Origin: a virus
Taxonomy: Duplodnaviria; Caudoviricetes
DNA length: 37,023 nucleotides
Virus record (IMG/VR): IMGVR_UViG_3300025654_000021
Coordinates: 1 to 37,023 of that record
Direction: 5' to 3' (one strand)
The notes below the pieces were generated by a model that saw only the letters and a program-made list of their open reading frames with translations, made no database searches and was not told where the DNA came from. Both the position numbers and the translations under genes were made by a program. Shown one piece after another: positions 27,909-34,853 of this stretch (positions within the stretch are counted from its first letter, which is position 1; every line of letters starts with the position of its first letter).

Positions 27909-28027
27909 AGGTAACGGTTTGTATATGACACTTAGCAACACAGACCTTTGAGATAGAAAATAAATTAATAATTAAGCACATAGTTAAAAAATAGCCTAAC
28001 AGCTATGTGTTATATACTTTGTTAGGC
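27909..28027 (+). repeat. attC-like site 8
   Basis: aggtaac; gtatatgacacttagc / gctatgtgttatatac; GTT at 28021. Confidence 0.85.
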
Positions 28028-28037
28028 ACAGTTAATT

Positions 28038-28286
28038 ATGGGATTAAAGCAGAAATTAATAAAACACAAGACAGAGTTTTATCGCATTTTCAATGAAGCG
28101 ATTAAAAAAGATGGAGATTTTATAACAGCAGGAGGTAAATTGAGCCATGATGATTTAATTGACAGCCATTTAAGAGCTTGGGTAGCAAGTAGGATTAATG
28201 GTGGTAGTTCATCAATGGTATTTTATGCTGAAGAAGCTGAAGCCATAAAACTCATAGATAAATTGGCAAAAGAGTATTTTTCTTAA
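28038..28286 (+). CDS. Hypothetical protein, whole gene in a cassette
   Basis: Bounded by gttaggcacagttaa / ttaattgtgcctaac. Confidence 0.75.
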   Translation: MGLKQKLIKHKTEFYRIFNEAIKKDGDFITAGGKLSHDDLIDSHLRAWVASRINGGSSSMVFYAEEAEAIKLIDKLAKEYFS

Positions 28287-28290
28287 TTGT

Positions 28291-28521
28291 GCCTAACGGT
28301 TTGGCTATGAATAGTAACGGATTAATAATTACAAAACTTAATAAATATGTACAGTATTAGAACAAATTACGGAACAACACACCAATACATTGAAAGTTGG
28401 AAAGAATGGGATATAGACGAGAACTTTATAGAATTTAAACAAAAAGGTGATTTGTTGATTATACACAAAAGCCAAATTTTAACAATCTATAAGTAGTTAT
28501 TATTTATAGCCTTTGTTGTAA
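28291..28521 (+). repeat. attC-like site 9 (contains a complete ORF)
   Basis: gcctaac; ggctatgaatagtaac / gttattatttatagcc; GTT at 28515. Confidence 0.85.
28347..28496 (+). CDS. Small hypothetical protein (49 aa) wholly inside site 9 loop
   Basis: MYSIRTNYG...ILTIYK*; not in track. Confidence 0.65.
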   Translation: MYSIRTNYGTTHQYIESWKEWDIDENFIEFKQKGDLLIIHKSQILTIYK

Positions 28522-28538
28522 CACGTTTTTAAATGTGA

Positions 28539-28605
28539 TTACAACGGTTTGGCTATGAAGCGTTGTGTAGTGCAACGGAACAATGATTTATAGGTGTTGT
28601 TATGC
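28539..28605 (+). repeat. attC-like site 10 (short), preceded by 31-bp empty cassette 28515-28545
   Basis: ttacaac; ctatgaagcgttgt / acaatgatttatag; GTT at 28599. Confidence 0.8.
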
Positions 28606-28639
28606 ACCGTATTTTTTATAAAACTTAAATTAAAAACAG

Positions 28640-28969
28640 ATGGATTGGATAGAAGTAAAAGAAGAAAGCCACCAAATAAAAAACTGTATTTTGGTAGAAT
28701 GTATTGCAGAAATTAGAAAAAATGATACTGGTGAAATAAGAGAATATGAAACTCACGAAATTTTAGAAATAGGTGACGAACATCCATCTGTTTTTAATTG
28801 GGAAGAGAACAACTACTCTTGTGACTGCAATAGGCTTTTGTTTTTTAACAGAGCAAAAGGCGAAGAGAAAGACGAAGATTGGGATGTAGAATGTACTGAG
28901 GGCAAATTCTCTGTTAATCTAAAAAACAAAAAGGATGGGAAGGCGTACTATCGTGAATATGGTGCATAA
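28640..28969 (+). CDS. Hypothetical protein with NYSCDCNR motif, whole gene in a cassette
   Basis: Bounded by gttatgcaccgtatt / aatatggtgcataac. Confidence 0.75.
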   Translation: MDWIEVKEESHQIKNCILVECIAEIRKNDTGEIREYETHEILEIGDEHPSVFNWEENNYSCDCNRLLFFNRAKGEEKDEDWDVECTEGKFSVNLKNKKDGKAYYREYGA

Positions 28970-29164
28970 CTTAAATGGTTAAGGTTAGTTGCGTGAATAA
29001 GTAATGAAGTAAATAGATAATCGATATGAACGAAGATATTAAAAAAGAAATTAGAGAAATAATACATACCTATTGTGGTGGAAATTATGAAAATAGAAGA
29101 ATGGCAACAGAACTAATTTTACAAAAATGCCAAGAAAAGCAATTAACTTTAACCGATGTTAGCC
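28964..29164 (+). repeat. attC-like site 11
   Basis: gcataac; ggttaaggttagttgc / gcaattaactttaacc; GTT at 29158. Confidence 0.88.
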
Positions 29165-29277
29165 AACTACGTGAACTGTTAATAGCTTTTGATGCTATGC
29201 GAGAATTTGACATTAAGCACGATGATATAGAAGAAAGTGTTGACTACTTCTTAAAACACAAAGAAAGCTATTTATAG
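29026..29277 (+). CDS. Split-module hypothetical protein
   Basis: Junction QLTLTDVSQLRELL. Confidence 0.7.
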   Translation: MNEDIKKEIREIIHTYCGGNYENRRMATELILQKCQEKQLTLTDVSQLRELLIAFDAMREFDIKHDDIEESVDYFLKHKESYL

Positions 29278-29278
29278 T

Positions 29279-29474
29279 GGCTAACTGAATTGTGTAAGAT
29301 TAGTATTAACGGAATAGAAACAATAAATATAAAAATTATGGATAAATGTAAATGGAACTTTAAAGTATTAAACCACTATGTAAGATTGACTGTTGAAAAT
29401 AGATTTATAATACTTGGTTATAGAGGCGAAAATTGGAAAGAGTTAGTTAATATTAATTTTACACTTTGTTAGCA
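29279..29474 (+). repeat. attC-like site 12
   Basis: ggctaac; gtgtaagattagtattaac / gttaatattaattttacac; GTT at 29468. Confidence 0.88.
29338..29472 (+). CDS. N-module ORF terminating at the junction with an empty cassette
   Basis: ATG 29338 (MDKCKW...NINFTLC*); stop is TAG of GTTAGC. Confidence 0.6.
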   Translation: MDKCKWNFKVLNHYVRLTVENRFIILGYRGENWKELVNINFTLC

Positions 29475-29498
29475 AAACGAAGTGTACGTTTTAATGAT

Positions 29499-29553
29499 TG
29501 CTAACGTTAAGTATATGAGCCTGTACTTGTATGGCTTATATACATTGTTATAC
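29499..29553 (+). repeat. attC-like site 13 (minimal), preceded by 38-bp empty cassette 29468-29505
   Basis: tgctaac; gtatatgagcc / ggcttatatac; GTT at 29547. Confidence 0.85.
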
Positions 29554-29627
29554 CCTGTTTTTTAAGCGTTGGGAAAAATAATTTACAGAAAAGAGTATTT
29601 TTATTTGGTAGTAATTACAGAATACTG

Positions 29628-29635
29628 TATATTTG
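29628..29635 (+). promoter_or_regulatory. Cassette-internal promoter (TATATTTG with TTTG at 29604-29607)
   Basis: Matches Bacteroidota -33/-7 consensus. Confidence 0.7.
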
Positions 29636-29666
29636 TAGTGTAATAATAATTAAAACAAAATAAACT

Positions 29667-29933
29667 ATGAAACTTTGTAAGAAAACAAATAAGATAAAAG
29701 GCTTTTGGGTAGAGGATTACACAGAACAAGAAAAAGAGTTTTTTATTGGATTAGGGTTTACTGAAAGACGTGTTAAATTTATGGATGAGTGGATGAGTGG
29801 TTCACTTTCTTTTTACGGTAGTAGAAGTTTTGGTTTTTGGAATGATGAAGAAACTAAAACGATTTATGATGCAGTAAAAAAAGAATTTGGTAAATGTAAA
29901 CCAAGATTATTAACCACAGCAGAATTAATGTAA
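29667..29933 (+). CDS. Hypothetical protein (gene 1 of two-gene cassette)
   Basis: Follows internal promoter. Confidence 0.75.
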   Translation: MKLCKKTNKIKGFWVEDYTEQEKEFFIGLGFTERRVKFMDEWMSGSLSFYGSRSFGFWNDEETKTIYDAVKKEFGKCKPRLLTTAELM

Positions 29934-30091
29934 TGAGCAAAGACCTAATAAAATGGAGTGAGCTTAGTCGTAAACTAAGTGGTTCAGATAATTCTATCAG
30001 ACCAAACAAAGTACCTAAGAAGTACGAACAGAAAGTAAATCGTTTGCTATGGATTCTCGATTTGTGGGAGCGTTGGGCAAATAGGGTATAA
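29933..30091 (+). CDS. Small possible DNA-binding protein (52 aa; gene 2 of cassette)
   Basis: TAATG coupling; MSKDLIKWSELSRKLSGSDNSIRPNKVPKK...; stop within GTATAAC; not in track. Confidence 0.7.
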   Translation: MSKDLIKWSELSRKLSGSDNSIRPNKVPKKYEQKVNRLLWILDLWERWANRV

Positions 30092-30278
30092 CGTATGTGG
30101 TTAAGGTTAGTTGCGTTATTGATAACACAAAAATAAATAGATATGACAATAGATAACTTAATTAATTGGTTGGAAGAAGCCGAAGATAATAACACTTGGT
30201 TAGTAAGTACACAAAGTGTAAAACGACACCTTGAAAAAATAAAAGAAACTGAGCAATTAAATTTAACCGATGTTAGCC
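30086..30278 (+). repeat. attC-like site 14
   Basis: gtataac; ggttaaggttagttgc / gcaattaaatttaacc; GTT at 30272. Confidence 0.88.
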
Positions 30279-30394
30279 AACAACGTGAACTGTTTTATAA
30301 TTTTATTACTTGGTATAACGCAAAACCTAAATTAGAAAAAAATAAAGATGGGTTAGTTACTATTGGTGTAATAGATGAGTTTTTAAAATTATAA
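30143..30394 (+). CDS. Split-module hypothetical protein
   Basis: Junction QLNLTDVSQQRELF. Confidence 0.7.
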   Translation: MTIDNLINWLEEAEDNNTWLVSTQSVKRHLEKIKETEQLNLTDVSQQRELFYNFITWYNAKPKLEKNKDGLVTIGVIDEFLKL

Positions 30395-30400
30395 TATAGT

Positions 30401-30604
30401 GGCTAACGTGCTTGTGGTATGGATAGTTGCGTAAAAATAAAACAAAACTTATATAAATGGAAAAAACAGAATTGATTAAAGGTATTTTGAAATTAGGCGA
30501 AGAACTTGATAAAGACCACGGAATGGGAAGCGTTATGATAATTGATGATATGCAAAGACTTGTAGATAAGTACGTAGAGCAATTATCTATACCACGTGTT
30601 GTAA
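30401..30604 (+). repeat. attC-like site 15
   Basis: ggctaac; gtggtatggatagttgc / gcaattatctataccac; GTT at 30598. Confidence 0.88.
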
Positions 30605-30750
30605 AATCGTTGCCGACTGATGAAGAAATATATTCTGAGGGATGCAACTATGTTAGAAAAATAGAACAACCTAATAGACAACCTTTAATTACATTAAGAC
30701 GAACTTTTAAGGCTGGTGCAGAGTTTGTAAAAAAGCAATTAGACAACTGA
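30457..30750 (+). CDS. Split-module hypothetical protein
   Basis: Junction QLSIPRVVKS; C-part LPTDEEI...FKAGAEF. Confidence 0.7.
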   Translation: MEKTELIKGILKLGEELDKDHGMGSVMIIDDMQRLVDKYVEQLSIPRVVKSLPTDEEIYSEGCNYVRKIEQPNRQPLITLRRTFKAGAEFVKKQLDN

Positions 30751-30763
30751 TTTAGGTTATGTT

Positions 30764-30956
30764 TTACAACGGTTTGTATAACCTTACTAGCGAAAATTAA
30801 TAACTTAAAATAATAAATAATGACTGATAAAGAATTTAATAAACTTGACAAACACTATAATAAATTAGTGAAGAAAGGAACCATAAAAACAATGAATGAT
30901 GCCTACATTTATAAATTAGCAATAGAAAAAGCTATTAAGGTTATACGTTGTTGTGA
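30764..30956 (+). repeat. attC-like site 16
   Basis: ttacaac; gtataaccttactagc / gctattaaggttatac; GTT at 30950. Confidence 0.88.
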
Positions 30957-31110
30957 AACGTTTGAGGTTAAAGAAGTACCTACTTTTGAGGAATGGAAGA
31001 AACAAAATTACATACACTATGATAAAGGACAGTTTGCAAGAAAAGCAGAAGGTTTAAAGGATTTAGAACAACTTAAACAAATATACAATAAGGAAATACT
31101 AAACCTCTAA
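30820..31110 (+). CDS. Split-module hypothetical protein
   Basis: Junction AIKVIRCCET. Confidence 0.7.
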   Translation: MTDKEFNKLDKHYNKLVKKGTIKTMNDAYIYKLAIEKAIKVIRCCETFEVKEVPTFEEWKKQNYIHYDKGQFARKAEGLKDLEQLKQIYNKEILNL

Positions 31111-31114
31111 TGTT

Positions 31115-31307
31115 TTACAACTTAAAAGTGTATGATTAGTAGCGTGGGATAATAACTAAATAAAATAAGAATGAATAAACTAAAGGAAATAATTGAACGA
31201 GTAAAAGAGTATGAGGATAATAACTGTTTTGAATTAAAAACAAGTGTTGTTTTGCATTGGCTAAATGAAATACAAAAAGAAGCTATTAATTATACACATT
31301 GTTGTAA
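31115..31307 (+). repeat. attC-like site 17
   Basis: ttacaac; gtgtatgattagtagc / gctattaattatacac; GTT at 31301. Confidence 0.88.
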
Positions 31308-31422
31308 AAGCGATAGCGAACTGTTACCTAGTTTTCTTTATAAAAAGGGAGGCTTATATTTTAAGTACAGAGAAGATACAGATGTTACAGAACATTGGAA
31401 TGAATACCTAAAAACTAGGTAA
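31171..31422 (+). CDS. Split-module hypothetical protein
   Basis: Junction AINYTHCCKS. Confidence 0.7.
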   Translation: MNKLKEIIERVKEYEDNNCFELKTSVVLHWLNEIQKEAINYTHCCKSDSELLPSFLYKKGGLYFKYREDTDVTEHWNEYLKTR

Positions 31423-31426
31423 TTGT

Positions 31427-31496
31427 TTACAACACAAAGATAAAAACACGTTTTAATGTGTTTTATCGACTGTTGACCAACGTTTTAATGTTGGTA
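31427..31496 (+). repeat. Terminal minimal site 18 plus terminal empty half-cassette
   Basis: gataaaaacac-gttttaat-gtgttttatc; GTT at 31472; accaac-gttttaat-gttggt lacking closing AAC. Confidence 0.8.
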
Positions 31497-31520
31497 TTTA
31501 ATTAATAAAACTAAAAACAA

Positions 31521-32378
31521 ATGAGCGAAGAGCAAAAAGAAGAACAACACGAGCATATTATGTCTATGCAAATGATACAAGAAGAGTGCGCTATTAACAT
31601 TAATGAAAAAATAGAACATCCTCCAGTAGCAATTAGCTATAAGACTAAAGAAGTAGTAACTAAAGACGGAGAGATTAAAGAGTTTCCTATACCAATAGGC
31701 ACTTACGGTAACTTTAGCTTTATACAAGCACCTCCTAAGTCTATGAAGACATTTTTTGTTAGTTTGTTAGGCTCTGCTTATTGTAACCCAAATGGAACTC
31801 ATACATCAGGACTAAGCTCCTTTAGAGAAGACAGAGAGTATATCCATTTCGATACAGAGCAGGGAGACTGGCATTCACAGCGTGTATTTAAACGTATTCA
31901 ATGGATGAATAAAGAGTCTAACTTAGACTTCTACCATACATTTGCGTTAAGAAAGATAGGTTTTAGAGATAGAATAAACTTTATAGAATACTATTTGCAG
32001 ACATTAACAGATACTGGTAAGAAGATAGGTGTAGTAGTTATTGATGGTGTAGCAGATTTAGTATCCGATGCAAACAATCTTGAGGAATCAAACCTCGTAG
32101 TACAGAAGATTATGGCTTGGACAACTATTTATGATTGCCATATCATTACAGTAATACACTCTAACTTTGGCTCAGACAAGCCTACAGGGCACTTAGGGAG
32201 CTTCTTAGAGAAGAAAGCAGAGACTCAGATACAATTAGAAAGAGACCCTAATAAACTAGGTGCTATAACAGTATCTTGCAAGAGAAGTAGAAACACACCA
32301 TTTGAGCAGTTTGACTTTAGATTAGACGATAACGGTTTGCCTAAGATAGATAACCCAGATGATGTTTATAGTTTCTAA
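31521..32378 (+). CDS. RecA-fold ATPase (AAA_25/RepA-helicase-like)
   Basis: Walker A variant APPKSMKT, FDTEQG, Walker B VVIDGVAD, VIHSN...GHLGS. Confidence 0.8.
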   Translation: MSEEQKEEQHEHIMSMQMIQEECAININEKIEHPPVAISYKTKEVVTKDGEIKEFPIPIGTYGNFSFIQAPPKSMKTFFVSLLGSAYCNPNGTHTSGLSSFREDREYIHFDTEQGDWHSQRVFKRIQWMNKESNLDFYHTFALRKIGFRDRINFIEYYLQTLTDTGKKIGVVVIDGVADLVSDANNLEESNLVVQKIMAWTTIYDCHIITVIHSNFGSDKPTGHLGSFLEKKAETQIQLERDPNKLGAITVSCKRSRNTPFEQFDFRLDDNGLPKIDNPDDVYSF

Positions 32379-32421
32379 TAACTATACTTGCTAAACAATT
32401 AATAATTAATTAAATTTATAT

Positions 32422-33138
32422 ATGAAAGATTTTAGACCGAGATTAAAAGGTAAGATATTAAAGGCTTATCAAAACCTAACTAAAGTAGAGAACAGGGTTC
32501 TTGTAATTGGAGATTTACACGAGCCATTTTGTTTGGATGGTTATTTAGGTTTCTGTAAAGAACAGTATGCTCTACATAATTGTAATAAGGTAGTGTTTAT
32601 CGGAGATATCATTGATAATCATTATTCAAGCTATCACGAATCATCCGCTGATGGTTTGGGCGGTAAGTATGAATTAGAACAAGCCATTGAGAAGCTGGCT
32701 AAATGGTATAAAGCATTTCCTGACGCTCACGTTACACTAGGTAACCACGATAGGATAATAATTCGCAAGGCACAAACATCTAACATACCAAGTAAATGGA
32801 TTAAAGAGTTTGGAGAGGTTTTAGAAACACCTAATTGGAAGTTTGTAACAGAGGTGTATATTGATGATGTGAGATATGTTCACGGAGACAAAAGTGGTAA
32901 GCCAAGAATGGCAGTTAAAAGAGATATGGTAAGCACAGTTAGTGGACACTACCATACCGATATGTATGTAGAATGGTTCTTCGGTAAAACAAGGGCATTG
33001 TTTGCTATGGCAGTAGGCTGTGGTATAGATAGTAAGAGTTATGCTATGGGATATATGCAGGGGGGTAAAAAAGAAGCTATTGGTATAGGAGTGGTAAAGG
33101 GAGGTAGGATTGCTTTTAACGTAAGAATGGAGTTGTAA
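32422..33138 (+). CDS. Metallophosphoesterase
   Basis: IGDLH, IGDIID, LGNHD, VHG, GHYH motifs. Confidence 0.88.
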   Translation: MKDFRPRLKGKILKAYQNLTKVENRVLVIGDLHEPFCLDGYLGFCKEQYALHNCNKVVFIGDIIDNHYSSYHESSADGLGGKYELEQAIEKLAKWYKAFPDAHVTLGNHDRIIIRKAQTSNIPSKWIKEFGEVLETPNWKFVTEVYIDDVRYVHGDKSGKPRMAVKRDMVSTVSGHYHTDMYVEWFFGKTRALFAMAVGCGIDSKSYAMGYMQGGKKEAIGIGVVKGGRIAFNVRMEL

Positions 33139-33139
33139 T

Positions 33140-33535
33140 TTGAAGTACAAGATAGAGTCTCCCTTATTCGTAATGTTACCTAGAAAAACCACTAAAGATA
33201 AGAGGATTTCATTAAATATGAATACATACAGAAACTTACATCACAGAACTAATAACGATGCTAAGAAGGTGTATCACAAGTTAATGAGATATAACTTAGA
33301 AGGTTTAAAGATAAACACCCCAGTAGAGATTACCTATAAAGTATTTAAAGGCTCTAAGAGACGTTTAGATAAAATGAATGTAATATCTGTAGTTAGTAAA
33401 TACTTACTTGACTCTATTACTGAGTATGGATGTTGGGAAGACGATAATGATGACTTTGTAAAAAAAGAAACGGTATTACCAACAGAAATAGATAGAGAGA
33501 GACCAAGAGTAGAAATAATAATTAAAGAGATATAA
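33140..33535 (+). CDS. RusA-like Holliday junction resolvase
   Basis: RRLDKMN...K...D.I....WEDDND...RPRVEI pattern. Confidence 0.75.
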   Translation: MKYKIESPLFVMLPRKTTKDKRISLNMNTYRNLHHRTNNDAKKVYHKLMRYNLEGLKINTPVEITYKVFKGSKRRLDKMNVISVVSKYLLDSITEYGCWEDDNDDFVKKETVLPTEIDRERPRVEIIIKEI

Positions 33536-34081
33536 ATGTTAGAGTTATTAGCTACAAAACACGATGATTGGGTTAGAATAACCTTTAGTATGACTGGAAA
33601 TATGAATGATGCACAAGACTTGGTGCAGGATATGTATTTAAGGTTAGACAGATTAGGTAAGACAAGAGAGCAGGTATCTTACAAGGATACGGTAAACAGA
33701 TACTTTATATGGACGGTATTATTTAATATGTTCAAGGTCTCTAGGAGAACTAAAGTCTACAAGAAGTTAGATACTTGTGAGTATCTGGGTAATGAAGAAG
33801 TTACTTTAGAAGAGTATGATTTTGATGAGACGCACTTTAGCTCTGTAGAGACCATAAGCAATAGTATAAAGAATATTGTAAAGGATTGGAAAGTTTATGA
33901 TAGGCAGCTGTTTGACTTATATTATATGCAAGGTCAATCACTAAGACAAATAGCAAACGGAGCAGGTATTGGATTGAACTCTATACATAATTCAGTTAAG
34001 AGTTATAGAAAAATACTTAAAGACGAGCTATCAGAGGATTTAATGGATTACTTTAACGGAGATTATGACAAGATACTATAG
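33536..34081 (+). CDS. Phage-encoded ECF/sigma-70-like transcription factor
   Basis: DAQDLVQDMYLRL (region 2) and SLRQIANGAGIGLNSIHN (region 4 HTH). Confidence 0.8.
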   Translation: MLELLATKHDDWVRITFSMTGNMNDAQDLVQDMYLRLDRLGKTREQVSYKDTVNRYFIWTVLFNMFKVSRRTKVYKKLDTCEYLGNEEVTLEEYDFDETHFSSVETISNSIKNIVKDWKVYDRQLFDLYYMQGQSLRQIANGAGIGLNSIHNSVKSYRKILKDELSEDLMDYFNGDYDKIL

Positions 34082-34277
34082 ACACAAGAATAATAATAAT
34101 GTTATATGCTCTGTGTATAATGGGGTTGCTAGATTTAGTAAATGGGTTTGGCAAGGAAATTACTGCAATGAAGTATATAAACTTAAAAAAGTAGAAGATG
34201 TTTTTTACGAATCATTTGAAGAAGTGAGTATTAATGAGTTTAACAGCGTTTGGGGTGTTAACCTACAGAACGCATAA
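34065..34277 (+). CDS. Hypothetical protein
   Basis: Overlapping co-oriented ORF. Confidence 0.6.
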   Translation: MTRYYRHKNNNNVICSVYNGVARFSKWVWQGNYCNEVYKLKKVEDVFYESFEEVSINEFNSVWGVNLQNA

Positions 34278-34287
34278 AATATAAATT

Positions 34288-34785
34288 ATGAAACAAGATA
34301 AATATTATTTAGATTTAGAGGAAAGAGGTTACTTTAACTCTATAGACAAACGCACAAAAGACTATAGAGAGTATAAGCAATGGAAAGAAGATTACACGTT
34401 TAGCAATTTTAAAGTTTTCGCTAACAATGTAGAGAAGCAGTCTAAAGGACTAGGAGACACTATTGCAAAGATAACTAAATCAACAGGGATAGATAAGGTT
34501 GTTAAGTTTATAGCAGGAGAAGATTGTGGTTGTGATGAAAGACAAGAAAGGTTTAATAAAGAGTACAAGTACAAAAATGTTAAATGTCTAAAGGAAGATG
34601 ACTATAAGTACCTATCTAACTTTCTAGCCAACAAAGGTTCTACGATTAGTTATGATGATAGAGTTCGAGTCATAGGGATATACAACTACGTCTTTAGCAC
34701 CAACGAGAAAAGAACTACAAGTTGCTCATCCTGTATAAGCAAAATAGTTAAAAACCTAGAAAGGTATATGAAGAATTACCAATAA
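34288..34785 (+). CDS. Conserved-type hypothetical phage protein with CGC and CxxC motifs
   Basis: GLGDTIAKITKSTGI...GEDCGCDERQ...SCSSC. Confidence 0.75.
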   Translation: MKQDKYYLDLEERGYFNSIDKRTKDYREYKQWKEDYTFSNFKVFANNVEKQSKGLGDTIAKITKSTGIDKVVKFIAGEDCGCDERQERFNKEYKYKNVKCLKEDDYKYLSNFLANKGSTISYDDRVRVIGIYNYVFSTNEKRTTSCSSCISKIVKNLERYMKNYQ

Positions 34786-34790
34786 TAATT

Positions 34791-34818
34791 AGCCTAGCAG
34801 TAAAATGTTAGGCTTTTT
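34791..34818 (+). terminator. Rho-independent terminator
   Basis: agcctagca-gtaaaa-tgttaggct followed by T run. Confidence 0.75.
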
Positions 34819-34853
34819 AGTTAAATAAACTTGTGTATGTAAAATATTTTTAC

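Larger units (their letters stand above)
23837..31496 (+). mobile_element. Integron-like cassette array (18 attC-like sites, about 17 cassettes), no integrase in window
   Basis: Alternating YAAC-[imperfect inverted repeat]-TGTTR sites and GTT...AAC cassettes with self-complementary ends; all ORFs co-oriented. Confidence 0.85.

Noticed and set aside
23837-31496. CRISPR array interpretation of the repeats
   Set aside because: Repeats are not identical direct repeats, spacing varies from 31 bp to over 1.2 kb, intervening DNA is coding, and no cas genes are visible.
23837-31496. Hairpins as simple rho-independent terminators
   Set aside because: No T tails, loops reach ~170 nt or more, right arms are often translated, and invariant AAC/GTT cores would be unexplained.
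23837-31496. IS/MITE terminal inverted repeats or a shufflon
   Set aside because: No transposase or target-site duplications seen; all units are in one orientation, unlike invertible shufflon segments.
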